A DNA stretch of 64,000 bases from Squalus acanthias. Taxonomy: Eukaryota. The notes under the pieces are model-generated. The model was not told where the DNA came from and searched no databases. It saw only the letters and a program-made list of their open reading frames with translations. A program made the translations under genes and the position numbers. How positions within the stretch are numbered: the first letter of the stretch is position 1; each line of letters opens with the position of its first letter. The stretch spans positions 52,578,001 through 52,642,000 of the forward strand of contig CM059438.1 in assembly GCA_030390025.1 (NCBI GenBank). The letters are read 5' to 3'. Of the stretch, positions 1 through 13,474 are shown one piece after another.

Positions 1-2245
1 CACTGAACACTGTGCAGTCATCAGCGAACATCCCCACTTCTGACCTTATGATGGAGGGAAGGTCATAGATGAAGCAGCTGAAGATGGTTGGGCCTAGGAC
101 ACTGCCCTGAGGAACTCCTGCAGCGATGACCTGGGGCTGTGATGATTGACCTCCAACCACAACAACCATCTTCCTTTGTGTCAGGTATGACTCCAGCCAG
201 TGGAAAGTTTGCCCCACGATTCTCTTTGACCAGTTTTAGTAGGGCTCCTTGATGCCACACTCGATCAAATGCTGCCTTGATGTCAAGGGCAGTCACTCTC
301 ATCTCACCTTTGGAATTCAGCTCCTTTGTCCATGTTTGGACCAAGGCTGCAATGAGGACTGGAGCTGAATGGTCCTGGCGGAACCCAAACTGGGCATTAG
401 TGAGCGGGTTATCGGTGAGTAAGTGCTGCTTGATAGCACTGTTGACGACACCTTCCATCACTTTGCTGATGATTGAGAGTAGACTGATGGGACGGCAATT
501 GGCTGGATTGGATTTGTCCTGTTTTTTGTGGACAGGTCATACCTGGGCAATTTTCCACATTGTCGGATAGATGCCAGTGCTGGAACAGCTTGGCTAGAGG
601 CACGGCTAGTTCTGGAGCACAAGTCTTCAGCACGATAGCCGGGATGTTGTCGGGGCCCACAGCCTGTGCTATGTCCAGTGCGCTCAGCCGTTTCTTGATA
701 TCACATGGAGTGAATCGAATTGGCTGAAGACTGGCTTCTGTGGTGGTGGGAACCTCAGGAGGAGGCCGATATGGATCATCCACTCGGCACTTCTGGCTGA
801 AGATGGTTGCAAACGCTTCAGCCTTGTCTTTTGCACTCACGTGCTGGGCTCCACCATCATTGAGGATGGGGATATTCATGGAGCCTCCTCCTCCCGTTAG
901 TTGTCTAATGGTCCACCACCATTCTCGATCGGATGTGGCAAGACTGCAGAGCTTTGATCTGATCCATTGATTGCGAGATCGCTTAGCTCTGTCTATAGCA
1001 TGCTGCTTCCGCTTTTTAGTATGAATGTAGTCCTGTGTTGCAGCTTCCCTAGGTTGGCACCGCTTTTTTAGGTACGCCTGGTGCTGCTCCAGCATGCTCT
1101 TCGCCGCTCCTTATTGAACCAGGGTTGGTCCCCTGGCTTGATGGTAATGGTAGAGTGAGGGATGTGCCGGGTCATGAGGTTACAGATTGCGGGGGAATAC
1201 AATTCTGCTGCTGCTGATGGACCCACAACGCCTCATGGATGCCCAGTTTTGAGCTGCTAGATCTGTTCTGAATCTATCCCATTTAGCACGGTGGTAGTGC
1301 CACACAACACGATGGAGGGTGTCCTCAGTGTGAAGATGGGACTTTGTCTCCACAATGACTGTGCGGTGATCACTGCTACCAATGCTGTCATGGACAGATG
1401 CAACTGCGACAGGTAGATTGGTGAGGACGAGGTCAAGTAGGTTTTTCCCTCGTGTTGGTTCTCTCACCACCTGTCGCAGGCCCAGACTGGCAGCTATGTC
1501 CTTCAGGACTCGGCTAACTCGGTCAGTAGTGGTGCTACCGAGCCACTCTTGGTGATGGACATTGAAGTCCCCCACCCAGAGTCCATTCTGTGCCCTTGCT
1601 ACTCTCAGTGCTTCTTCCAAGTGGTGTTCAACATGGAGGAGTACTGATTCATCAGCTGAAGGAGGGCGGTAGGTGGTAATCAGCAGGAGGTTTCCTTGCC
1701 CATCCTTGACCTGAAGCCATGAAACTTCATGGGGTCTGGAGTCAATGTTGAGGACTCCCAGGGCCACTCCTTCCCGACTGTATACCACTGTGCCGCCACC
1801 CTGGTGGGTCTGTCTTGCCTTTGGGACAGGACATACCCAGGGATGGTGATGGAGGTGTTTGGGACATTGGCTGAAAGGTATGATTCTGTGAGTATGATTA
1901 TGTCAGGCTGTTGCTTGACTAGTCTGTGGGACAGCTCTCCCAATTTTGGCACAAGTCACCCGATGTTAGTGAGGAGGACTTTGCAGGGTCGGCTGGGCTG
2001 GGTGTGCCGTTGTTGTGTCTGAAGCTGGTGCTGAGGTCGATGCTGGGTGGTCCGTCCGGTTTTATTCTTATTGTTTTTTGTCGTTTTTTACAACTGAGTG
2101 ACTTGCTGGGCCATTTCAGAGGGCAGTTAAGAATCAACCACATTGCTGTGGGTCTGGAGTCACATATAGGCCAGACCAGGTAAGGATGGTAGATTTCCTT
2201 CCCTAAAGGACATTAGTGAACCAGATGGGTTTTTACGACAATCCG
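1..2245 (-). mobile_element. APE-RT non-LTR retrotransposon (CR1/L2 superclade, possibly Zenon-like), frameshifted, running off the window start
   Basis: APE motifs (IILTES, TTYRPPS, VGDFNVHH, LDLVLTN, SDH) at ~1180-1950; RT motifs (GPDNIP, PELAVPLAKLFQ, QFGFR, LDIKAAFDRVWH) at 63-700; ~300-bp leader and no ORF1 seen. Confidence 0.85.
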
Positions 2246-2687
2246 CTAGTTTCAGGGTCACTGATACTAGTATTGAATATTCGACCTTCCTGGTCTCTGT
2301 GGCTTATTACTACACTAAGTAATATCTTTACCACTGAGGTAATGGACAGGTATCTTTTTTCCTTGTACTTTCAAGAGTGTATATTGATATATGGGATAAT
2401 TTCATTAAGCTCCATTGTTGGCACAGAGCCTTGCAAAATTTTGTCTATATATTTTAGGAAACAATTGCACATTTTGATTGTGTACGATGGTACATTAAGG
2501 CTTTATAGGAGCGTAGTGGGAGATTTTGATGAAGGCTGTGGATTGAGAGGAACAAAGGCTTGTAGTGTGATGAAGAGGATTGAGAGTTAAGTGCAGAGGA
2601 CACTGGGGTGAATGGCTAACTATTATATCAATAAGTATTCAGGGAAAGAATTATTGTGCAGGGCTTGTGGGGATGTCTGTCAAAGAA

Positions 2688-3995
2688 AGAACTTGCATTT
2701 ATATAGCACCTTTCACAATCTCAGGACATCCCAAAGCATTTCACAGCCAATGAGTTATTTTGAAGTGTAGGTACTGTAGTAATGTAGGGAAATGTGGCAG
2801 CCAATTTGTGCACACCAAGGGGTAGAAATTAGGTCGCGCCCCATTTGGGGCGCAAATATCGTCTGGACGCAAATATTAGCGCCTGGCGCTAATTATCGGC
2901 ACTGACTGGAAACTTCACTTTTACCGCCCCGGGAGGTGAGTGGAGCGCTAAAGCAGGCGCTGCACACCTGTCTTAAGGCGCGAAGGCCAAGGAGTGAGGC
3001 GCTAACTCAGAGCGCTGGCGAAGCTCATGTAATGTCAGTCAGCAATGGAACACACACACAATGGCACGGGCCAGTTCTTAAAGGGGATGGTTAATCTTGC
3101 TTTCCATCCACATCCTGTTCATTGCAGCCTTGAATCTCGGCCTGGAGAGACTTGCACATCAAATGTGCTTGAAAGAACAATGGAGAGTACCAGGCAAAGA
3201 GCTCAGAGTGCAGCTCCCACAGTCTCTGCTAAATCGATACAAGGAATGGCAAATCAAAATGAACCTGCAAAGTGCTGCTCAGTACCCAAAACTCCTTCAC
3301 ACAACGTTGAATCTCTCCAGAAGTCTCTCCCTCTCTCTCTCAGAATGCGTAGTTCAAAAATGCCACCAACAATAAAAGACAGGAAGAGGCCCCCTTTAAA
3401 TAGCGCCCCCCCAGCCCCACAGCGATTGATAGCGTTCCAGTCTTCTGGTCGTTGGAAGCGCCAGGCGGTAAGGCAGGGGGCGCCACTCAATTTCCGCTCC
3501 GGGGCACCACAAGGGCGTTGCACCATGGAATGACGTCACAATCTGCGCGCGCAGGTGGTCGCAGCGGTAAGTTTTAGCGCCGCCGCACAATGTCAAGTTA
3601 AGTTCCCGAGCGGCGCAAACATCGCTGCGCCCGGGCGTTAGCGGCTTTGCGCCCCATTAGCGCCCTCTTAAGGCGCTAACGGGAGGCGCAACCAACTGAA
3701 TTTTTACCCCCAAGTACCTACAAACAGCAATTAGTGGTGTTGGTTGTGGGATAAATATTGCCCCAGACTCTAGGAGAATACCACGGTTCATCTTTCAAAT
3801 AGTGCCATGGGATCTTTTATGTTCACCCAACAGGGCACACTTTTTAACGTTTCATCCAAAAGACAGCTCCTCCAACACTCCCTCATTACTGTACTGAAGT
3901 GTTAGTCTGGATTATGTGCTCAAGTCCTGGAGTGGGCCTTTAACCCATGATCTTCTGACTCAGAGGCAATAGTTCAACCACTAAGCCAAGGCTGA
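2688..3995 (-). mobile_element. tRNA-derived Deu-domain SINE (SacSINE1-like), split by a MITE
   Basis: L2-like tail (acttgcatttatatagcacctttc), Deu-like core (aatagtgccatgggatc) and tRNA-like head near 3930-3990; homologous to 37495-37940. Confidence 0.7.
2819..3710. mobile_element. Non-autonomous PIF/Harbinger element (MITE family 1, copy 1)
   Basis: TIRs ggggtagaaatt / aatttttacccc; 3-bp TSD CAA (2816-2818, 3711-3713); colinear with 9429-10290. Confidence 0.85.
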
Positions 3996-5959
3996 AAACA
4001 TCCCTACCAGCTGCCCTCCATCCCGTTTGAGCAATAGTGTATGGGCAACTGTAATGGCTGTATGTTGGGACAAGCAGCAGTTTCAGTGTATGTGTGCACG
4101 GTACCAGAAGAATATACAGTGTTGGAAATGGAAGTGACATGAGGTATGGTAGAGAAGCTCTGCTTCGTTTGGGATTTGGCATGTACTGTTGGTACGGTTG
4201 ATTGATGCTTTACATTAGGATCTGATTGGTGTCATGCTAGGTTGTCACAGGATTTGAAAAGAATGCAGTTTTCTATTTTGCAGCATTGTCATTCTTCACT
4301 TTAATGAACCACAAAGCTTAAACAGACGGAGAACAAAAATGTAAATTCAAGTTTTACAAATTATGATTCTAAAGCACATTTCATCAAACACTGACCCATT
4401 TTCATGCGTGTTAACCTTTTGCTATGACATTCTCAGTTTACGGTCTCCATTGAGATCTGCCATTATCTGTCCATACAGAACTTACCTTTCACTTACATTA
4501 ATCATGGAAGCATTCTGAATTGTTCTCAGACTCATTTTGGACATATTACTCAGAAATTGAACTGAGCAACATCAGCTTGGATTTACTATCTGAAGTGTTT
4601 CTGGAGCAGTTTACTACTAGAGTAGGAAATTATAAAATGTCATTGTGAGATTTTCCTTTTATTCTGTGATTTTTTTTAAATGTTGCTATGGAAATCATGT
4701 GACACTCCTTTGCTATATATAATCTGTATAATAGAGGTGGACTCAAATGGCTCCACGAAGGGTTTGTGTCACAGTAACTTTTCAAAGTTTGGATAGATTA
4801 AGTTGCATCTTCTGGACATATGCCTTATTTTGACCCCTTGCAGATGTGAATGGAACTGGCTTTTGTTGAGTTTGAAACATCTACAATAAATCTAATTGTA
4901 CCTTCTAGACTGGAGCTCCCAACATTAGGAGTGAGATTAATAATTCGAAAGAGTGAGCGAGAGCGCAAATCCATTTAAACACAGGAAACTGTTAGATACA
5001 TTAAAATAGACCATATATATTTTAATCATAATGAGTTGGATTTGATTTGTAGAAGCATGTTAGTTGAATAGTCAGGTTCAAAGTTCAGATATAAATCCAC
5101 TGTTCTATTATGTCCTATATAGTCAGTGACATCATCTATCTCTAGGTTTAGGGTACAGGTACCATAGGTTTTCTCAATGCACGCTCCTGGTGTGTCGTTT
5201 CCCCCACTGGGAATGCATATCAAGAAATGGTGAGCACACTCCCCACAGAATATTATCATAAAGTCATCCACATCCTATGTGAATAAACTGAAGATCTGGA
5301 TACATCAAAAGATAACATAATAGTAAGGAGTTAGTACAAGGAGAAATGTGACAACAGATTTTGGAAAATGTTTGAAGTTACTAGAAGAGTCGATCTGAAA
5401 TTTAATAAAAGCAAATTAGCTACTGGATGGAGCTGGAATCACGAACAGGAAGAAACATGGGATAATTTGGTTTATAGCCATACAAGAGCCAGTTTTGAGT
5501 TCGAGGATCGCAAGATAATTCCAGATGAGGAAGACCATTTAGCCCATCTTAGTTCATCAAGCCAGAGTGACCCAAAAGTCCACCCTATCACCTTTATTAA
5601 TCTATCCAGACTCTATTCCATGTGTTAATCACTCTTTGTGTACAGAAGGACTTCCTGATATTAGTTTGCTTGTGAATGATTCAGTCAGTTTGTGTATGAA
5701 CATACCATCAGGTTGAAACAAAGCAGCAGCCACTAATTGCTCCATGGGTAGATGAGATCATGTATTGGCCCAGAATAAACTAGCACATTGCTTACATGGA
5801 AACTAATTCCTTATTCTGCTTAAAATATAACACCAGGTCCATTATCAAGTGAAATTTCTGGAGTAAGAAGTCCTAATGTGGCTTCAAGAAAGATTTACAA
5901 AAATATATTAATTCTCAATATAACTATGTATAATCAATATTAGTTTCAAGAAGTATAAG

Positions 5960-7410
5960 TCTACTTTTAGTGAGCTGAAACTGGAACTAACCCAGAAAAA
6001 AATGGAAAAAAGCCAAATAAGGCAGCGCACAAACAATGGGAAACAGAGATGATAAGGGTACAGACGAGGCATATTTCAACATGAAGTAAAGGTGGTGCAG
6101 TAAAAATTGGAGTTGTATGATTCTATGGAGTTCCTTGAATAAGTAGAAAAAATAAAAATGAGACTTCAAAAATAATACACGACAAATCTAGAGCTAATAA
6201 TACAGAATAAAATCAAGCCAAATATAGAAAATACAGAAAAAAGATTAGAAAGGCAAAGAGAAGTTATGAAGAAAGGCTAGCAGCTAACAATAGGAAAGGA
6301 TTTTATGAACACACAAAAAGGAAAATAGTTAAGGGGTAGTGACAATTAGAGATGGAAAAGGAAATCTTCTGGAGGATGAAGAATGTCACAGATACTAAAC
6401 CAGTACAGTTTCAGAGTGGCAGTGGGAATGAAAGGGTAAAAAGAGGAGGTGGAGCAATTAGATAAGATAACTATAAAAAAGGAAGTAGTAATAAAAAGAA
6501 TTGGTGCAACTTAAAAGTAGAAAAGGCAATAGCCCCTGATGGTGAACATCCTAGAATGCTGGGGGAAGTAAGAGAGGAAATAGTAAGATGCTTTGAGCAC
6601 ATTCAAACATCCTTGGATATAGAAGTTTTCCAGAGGACTGGAAGGTTGCCAATGTAACATCTCTATTCACAAAGGGAGAAAAGGATAAACCAGTCAATCT
6701 AACATCAGTAATAGGTATGCTTCTACAGATTATAATACAGTATAAAGTTAATACTCACCCAGAAAGGCATAGGTTAATTAAGAACAGTCAGCATGGATTT
6801 GTAAAAGACAAGCTGGTGGTAAAATTACTTTTGGATGGTAGCGCAAAACAGGCAATACCAAATTGGCAGTCGATTTCACACCCCACCTGAGTTTCTTTTC
6901 ATTGATTTCAATGGGGCGGGGTGTAAAACGGGCTGCTGATTCGCTAGTGCCCATTTTGCGCTACCACCCAAGACCAATGTCACCCTGCTGTGTCTGACAA
7001 ATTTAAGTGTTCTTTGCGGAACTAATGTATATTGATAAAGGAAATGCTAAAGGTGTTGTGTATGTGGATTTTCAAAAGGCACTGATAAGGTGCTGCATAG
7101 GATGCTTGTTGATAAAATTAAGGCATACAGTATTAAAGAAAATTTGGCAGCATGGATAGGAAGTTGGCTAAAGAACATAAAACAGAGTATTAGTTAATGG
7201 ATGTTTTTTAGAATGGGGTGATGTAAACAGGGGTGTCCCCAGGGATCTGTGTTGGGGCTATTGCTCTTCTCTCTATATATAACTGATTTGGACTTGAGTC
7301 TATTGAGCACAATATCAAAATTTGTAGAGAACACAAAAATAGGGAGCATTGCTAACTGTGAATAGGACTGTAAGCAACTAAAGGAGGACGTAGATAGGTT
7401 ATTAGACAAG
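5960..7410 (+). mobile_element. Old degraded CR1 LINE fragment (RT region)
   Basis: Recognisable CR1 ORF2 DNA motifs (gactggaaggttgccaatgtaac, cagcatggattt, ggattttcaaaaggc, ccccagggatctgtgttgggg) with many stops. Confidence 0.7.
6816..6985. mobile_element. Short palindromic MITE inserted in CR1
   Basis: ~170-bp imperfect fold-back (ggtagcgcaaaa...ttttgcgctacc) with central cattgatttcaatg; interrupts the CR1 GFVK..CLTN motif. Confidence 0.6.
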
Positions 7411-7878
7411 AGAAAGCCCAGCCATCTCCCGTGACCTTCAATGGAACCACTAACATCGAGTCCCCACCATTAACATCTTGGGTCACCATTGACCAGAAGC
7501 TTAACTGGAACAATCATATCCACACTGTAGCTACAACAGCAGGTCAGAGGCTGGGTACTCTGTGATGAATGGCTCACTCCCTGACTCCTTTCCACCATCT
7601 ACAAGGCTCAAATCAGGGGGTGATCGAATTATCACCACTCACCTGGAAGGATAACGCTACAACAACATCCAGGACGAAACCGTTTGCTTGATCAATGCCT
7701 ACTTAATATCCCCCCCTCCACCATTGACGCACTGTGGTGGCAGTATGTATGGTTTACAGGATGTACTGCAGCAACTCACCAAGGTTACATCACTTCTTTG
7801 CCCTGAAATCTCTACCACTGAGAAGGACAAGAGCAGCAATGATGAGACACCATTACCCCCAAGTTCCACTCAGTCATA
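7410..7878 (+). mobile_element. 3' fragment of an APE-RT LINE, probably the family seen at 1-2245
   Basis: Matches the reverse complement of 47330-47520 (gcagcaactcaccaagg, accactgagaaggacaagagcagc). Confidence 0.6.
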
Positions 7879-8657
7879 CAACAACAACAACTTGTATTTC
7901 TCTAGTGCCTTTAATGTAGGAAAGCATCTCAAGGCACTTCACAGGAGCGTAATCAGACAAAAATTGACACTGAGCCAAAGAAGAAGATATTAGGATGGGT
8001 GACTAAAAGCTTGGTCAAAGAGGTAGGTTTTAAGAAGTGTCTTAAAGGAAGAGAGAGGCAGAGAGGGTTGGGGAGGGAATTCTAGAGCTTAATGGTGGGG
8101 CGAAGGGAGTGAGCGATGCACAAGAGGCCAGAGTTGGAGGAACACAGAGTTCTCGGAGGATTGTAGGGCTGGAGGAAGCTAGAGATAGGGAGGGGTAAGA
8201 CCAGGGAGGGATTTGAACACGAGGATGAGAATTTTAAAATCAAGGTGTTAATGGACTGGGAGCCAGTGTAGGTCAGCAACAGAGGGCTGAAAGGTGAGCG
8301 TAACATGGTGCGGGTTAGGATATGAGCAGCAGAGTTTTGGATGAGTTCAAGGTTATGGAAGGTGGAAGATGGTAGGCCAGCCAGGAGAGCATTGGAATAG
8401 TCAAGTCTGGAGGTAACAAAACCAGGGATGAGGGTTTCAGCAGATGATAAGCTGAGGCCGGGGTGGAGACAGGTGATGTTAGGGAGGTCGAAGTAGGTGG
8501 TCTTTGTGATGGAGGGGATATGGGGTTGAAATTTCAGCTCCGGGTCAAACAGGACGGCGAGGTTGCAAACAGTCTGGTTCAGCCTGAGACAGTGGCCAGG
8601 GAGGGGGATGGAATCGGTGGCGGGGGAACAGAGTTTGTGGTGGGGACCAAAGACAAT
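7879..8657 (-). mobile_element. L2 LINE 3' fragment
   Basis: ORF 8082-8756 has L2 C-terminal motifs FVTSRLDYSNALLAGLP and LIQNSAA; (caa)n tail at ~7880. Confidence 0.85.
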
Positions 8658-9340
8658 AGCTGGAATTTTCAGAGGTATGAATGGGTGGGTTGGAGGCATG
8701 GGGGGAAGTGAAAGTTGAAAAAATGTGAACCCTGACCCCAACCCGCCCACTTTCACCTTTCACTCAGGCGGGATTGGGGGGGTGGAGGGACTGCCAACCT
8801 GCTGTCAAGAGGCGGGTTGGCAATTTACATATTATTATGAGGTCTGAAGCCTCTACTTTAACCTGCTTTGCAGGTTTTATTGCAGGAAGTCGGGGATCCT
8901 AGGGCTCGGAATTCCCGATGGCTGCAACGAGGCGGGCTCAGCCTCGGGGAGCAATCCTTCTGGGCCGGGAGGAGCTTCCTCCCGGACCCCAAGCTCCCCC
9001 ACCATCAGCCTGCCTCTCCCTGGGGTTCGGGATTGGAGCCCCCGGGATCGATCTCACCCCCCACCGGGGGCATGGACCCCGCCTCTGGGGGATCGGACCC
9101 CCCTCCCCCACCAGGCTTGGACCCCCCCCATCCACCATCCTGGGCCCAGCACTCACTTGTTGCTGCAGCCTCCTTCTCTGCATTCCCCGCACGACTGGAA
9201 GCCAGCCTGTCAATCAGGCTGACTTCTGGGTGGGGAACCCGCCCTTCACGCTGCACGCATGCTGTGGAGTAGCGTGCCCGTTCCCATCGTCTCCCGGGCC
9301 CCCCCGCACCCTGTGGGTGGGACCCGTCAAAATCCAGCCC
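8658..9340. mobile_element. GC-rich non-autonomous Harbinger-type element inserted in L2
   Basis: TIR-like agctggaatttt / aaaatccagccc; AAT duplicated on both sides; L2 resumes at 9344 (ggctttggtct). Confidence 0.7.
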
Positions 9341-9428
9341 AATGGCTTTGGTCTTTACAGTGACTAATTGGACAAAATTGCAGCTCATCCAGGACTGGTT
9401 GTCGGACAAGCAGTCTTTGGAGGAACAT

Positions 9429-10290
9429 GGGGGAGAAATTCGGTATTGCCCCGTTGGGGGCGCAATTATCGGCCGGGCACAAAGTTTAGCGCCTGGCGCT
9501 AATTATCTCCTCCGACTGCAAACTTGGCTTCTATCGCCCCTGGAGGTGATTGGAGCGCTAAATCAGACGCTACACACCTCTTAAGGCGCTAATGCCGAGG
9601 AGCGAGGCGCTACCTCAGAGCACTGGCGAATCTCCTGTGATGTCAGTTAGCAATGGAACACAGACACACTGGCGCCGGCCAGTTCTTAAAGGGGAGGGTT
9701 GATCTTGCTCTCCATCCACACCCTGCTCACTGCAGCCTTAAATCTCGGCCTGCAGAGACCTGTACATCAAATCTGCTGGAAAGAACAATGGAGAGGCCTT
9801 GGGAAAGAGCTCAGAGTGCAGCCCCCATAGTCTCTTCTAAATCGATGCAAGGAAGGTCAAATCAAAATGAACCTGCAAAGTGCTGCTCAGTACCCAAAAC
9901 TCCTTCACACAGCATTGAATCTCTCCAGAAGTGTATGTGTCTCAGAATGCGTGGTGCAAAAATGTCGGCGACAAAAAAAGGCAGGAAGCGGTCGCCTTTA
10001 AATAACACTCCCCCAGACCCTTCCCGACTACAAAATGTTCCCCTCAACCTGTCGTTGCAAGCGGCAGGCAGAAAGGCAGGGGCGCCACTCAATATCCGGT
10101 CCAGGGCGCTACCAGGGCGTTGCACGCTCGACTGACGTCACGATCTGTGGGCACAGGAGATTGTGGCAGTAGTGTCTAGTGCCGCCACAAAATGTCTGGT
10201 CAATTTCGCGAGAGGTGCAAACATCGCTGCGCCCGGGCGCTAGTTGCTTTGCGACCCAACGGGAGGTGCAAAGCAACCAAATTTTTCCCT
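9429..10290. mobile_element. Non-autonomous PIF/Harbinger element (MITE family 1, copy 2)
   Basis: TIRs gggggagaaatt / aatttttccct; TSD CAT (9426-9428, 10291-10293); colinear with 2819-3710. Confidence 0.85.
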
Positions 10291-10309
10291 CATAGAGTTC
10301 TCAGAGGGT

Positions 10310-11692
10310 TTCTTCAAGAAAGGAGGAAGAGCGAAAATGGGGAACTACAGGCCAGTTAGCCTGACATCAGTCGTCGAAAAAACTCTGGAATCCATTATTA
10401 AGGAAGTGGGAACAGGGCACATAAAAGATCATAATATGCTTAGGCAGAGTCAACATGGTTTGAGAAATCTATTAGTTTTTTGAGGATGTAACTAGTAGGG
10501 TAGATAAAGGGGAGCCAGTGGATGTAGTATATTTAGATTTCCAAAATGCATTTGTTAATCAGACACATAAAAGGTTGCTACAAAAGATAAGGGCTCATGG
10601 GGTTGAGGTAATATTAGCATGGATAGAGGATTGGTTAACGGACAAAAAACAGAGAGTAGGGATAAATGGGTCATTTTCCGATTGGTAGGCTGTAACTAGT
10701 GGGATGCTGCAAGGACCAGTCCTTGGGCCTCAGCTATTTACAATCTATATTAATGACTTAGATGAGGGGACCGAGTGTAATGTATTCACGTTTGCTGACA
10801 ATACAAAGCAAGGTGGGAAAGTAAGCTGTGAGGAGGACGCAAAGAGGCTGCAAAGGGATATAGACAGGTTAAGTGAGTGGGCAATAAGGTGGCAGATGGA
10901 GTATAATGTGGGAAAATGTGAGGTTATTCAATTTGGTAGGAAGAATAAAAAACAGATATTTTTTAAATGGTGAGAAACTATTAAGAGAGATTTAGGTGTC
11001 CTCGTACAGGAAACACAGAAAGTTAGCATGCAGGTACAGCAAGCAATTAGGAAGGCAAATGACATGTTGGCCTTTATTGCAAGGGGGTTGGAGTACAAGA
11101 GTAAGGAAGTCTTACTACAATTATACAGGGCTTTGGTGAGACCACACCTGGAGTACTGTGCACAGTTTTGGTCTCCTTACCTGAGAAAGGACATACTTGC
11201 TTTAGAGGTGATGCAACGAAGGTTCACTAGATTGATCCCTGGGATGAGTGGGTTGTCCTATGAGGAGAGATTGAGTAGATTTGGCCTGTACTCTCTGGAG
11301 TTTAGAAGAATGAGAGGTGATCTCATTGAAACATATAAGATAGATACTGAGGGTAGGCACTGAGAGGATTTTTCCCCAGGCTGGGGAGTCTAGAAATAGG
11401 GGGCATAGTCTCAGGATAAGGGGTCGGCCATTTAAGACTGAAATGAGGAGGAATTTCTTCAATCAGAGGGTTGTGAATCTTTGGAATTCTCTACCCCAAA
11501 GGGCTGTGGATGCTCAGTCGTTGAGTATATTCAAGGCTGAGATAGATAGATTTTTGGACTCCAGAGGAATCAAGGGATATGGGGATCTGGCGGGAAAGTG
11601 GAGGTTGAAGATCAGCCATGATCTTATTGAATGGCGGAGCAGGCTCGAAGGGTTGTATGGCCTACTCCTGTTCCTAATTCTTATGTTCTTAT
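10310..11692 (+). mobile_element. CR1 LINE, 5'-truncated (RT and 3' UTR)
   Basis: [44 protein letters not shown] motifs; tail ttcttatgttcttatg. Confidence 0.9.
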
Positions 11693-11860
11693 GACACACA
11701 AATCTTTCAGAAGTTTGGATTGAAGCTTTTGGATTAAAAAAAAATATTTTATTGAAGTAATGGCTTGGCAATAGATATTAAAAGTTTTTAAAGTGTGCAG
11801 GGAGTGCAGGACCTGCTGGACACTTGCAAGGCTTCGGATGATAAAAGAAGGCCTCTGAGA

Positions 11861-11980
11861 AGACAAAAATGTTGGAAAATACTCAGCAGGTCAGGCAGCG
11901 TCCATGGAGAGAGAAACAGAATTAACGTCTCAGGTCGAGATGCTGCCTGACCAGCTGAGTAGTTCAGATTTCCAGCATCC
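11861..11980. mobile_element. Small Penelope-like fold-back remnant
   Basis: Inverted pair actcagcaggtcaggcagc / gctgcctgaccagctgagt; homologous to the ends of 35003-35637. Confidence 0.55.
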
Positions 11981-11984
11981 ACTC

Positions 11985-13360
11985 ACAGTGGGAAGAGGAA
12001 GATGCAGAAGAGGAGGAAGTGGAAGGAAGGATGCAACCCAGACAGCCCCTTTCTGGCTGGGATATCCAGGATGGAATCATCCGCCTGTGGTACCAGTGAC
12101 CACAACCCCAATTCCCCTTTCAACATTTGTCCCACACCTTACCTTCTCTCTCTTACTAACCATCACACGCCCTCTTGGCCACAATGCTGAAATTAAAGCC
12201 ACCACAAAGCAAACTTTCCAATCCAGCTTTATACATTTATCCATCCAATATGACAAAGAAATCAACTAATCATCCTTCTGCATTCCCTTAGTGACTGTCT
12301 TGCACCTGTGTTTGCCTATGCTAATGATGTTTCGCAGTGCTACCCCAGTGGCTGCAGCATGGCTGGTGGAAGGCTGCTGACTTTCAGTGTGGGACACTGC
12401 AGATGGCCTTGCAAGTCAACCTCGTGGAGCTGGTGGCTGGGAGTGTGAAATCGAGTGACGTTGTTACTTCTTCTTCTTCACTCTCCTCTCTTCTTGGTCA
12501 ACCACTGGCTGGGCATGCTGGATTTCTTGGGTGTGTGAAATGAGGAAGGCACAAGGGTAGAGTTGTGGTGAGGGGAGGGTGGGAAATCAAGAGCTGCATG
12601 GTTACACCATGCGCACCTTGTAAATCAGAAGATATTGTGGGATGAGGAGGAAGTGGAATGTGAGAAGGAGGATAACGTATGAGGATATCAGTATCTGGTA
12701 TCCTTTCAGTCCCACTGCTGGCCAAGGCCTCAGCCATGCTCCTGCCAAGAATGGCCAGCACCATCTCCTCCAAGGGGGTGAGGTGTAGCTAGGAATGTGA
12801 GGTGTGCCTCGTGTTTGGTATAGATTGTTGGTAGGTGAGTGATGGAGGGTGGGGTCATGCAATGAGCAGTGTATGAGGTTAGTGGTGCAGTTGGTAGGAG
12901 ATGGCTTTTGAAGATGCATTCACTGACCTTGACCACTGGTCTGAGGTCATCAAGCTTCTTTGGGCATGTGGGTGACGCTGCTGGCAGTGTTGACCCCCTG
13001 CACAAAGCTGGAGTGCTGTGTGCGAGATCCTGGGTGCCCCTTCCCTGGCTTGCTGAGCCATTAGTGTCAGTGCTGAAGCGCCTTTACCATTTTTTACATG
13101 CGAAAGGCAGTTCAGCTTTAAGAGCTGAAGACTGCCATTTCAGAATTATTTTTATTCTTTATTTTTTTTTCGGAAGGCAGTTGAGCTCAAAGGGCTAAAG
13201 ACTGCCTATTTTTAAATGATTTTTATTTTTTCATTTTAGAAGGCAGTTCCCCTTTAACTAATCAACATTGCTTTCTAAAATGACAGGCTAGCTTTAAGAC
13301 AATGCTGCCTTGCTCCAGGGATGCTACGGCCACGCTGCATTGGGCCTCCTGCTGAGACTA
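11985..13360. mobile_element. Deleted PIF/Harbinger element (transposase 3' tail on +, Myb/SANT gene remnants on -)
   Basis: Minus-strand MAQQAREGAPRIS... exon 13061-12928 with gtcagt donor; intergenic block aaagccaccacaaagcaaac shared with ~40110. Confidence 0.7.
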
Positions 13361-13474
13361 CCACGGGAAAAAGAGGGGACACAGATTTAAGGTTTTGGGC
13401 AAGAGATACAGGGGGATGTGAGGAAAAACTTTTTTACGCAGCGAGTGCTGATGAACTGGAATTCGCTGCCGATG

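Noticed and set aside
8868..9409. Proline/glycine-rich ORFs here and at 30360-30908
   Set aside because: They are low-complexity frames within GC-rich MITEs, open on both strands, with no recognisable domain.
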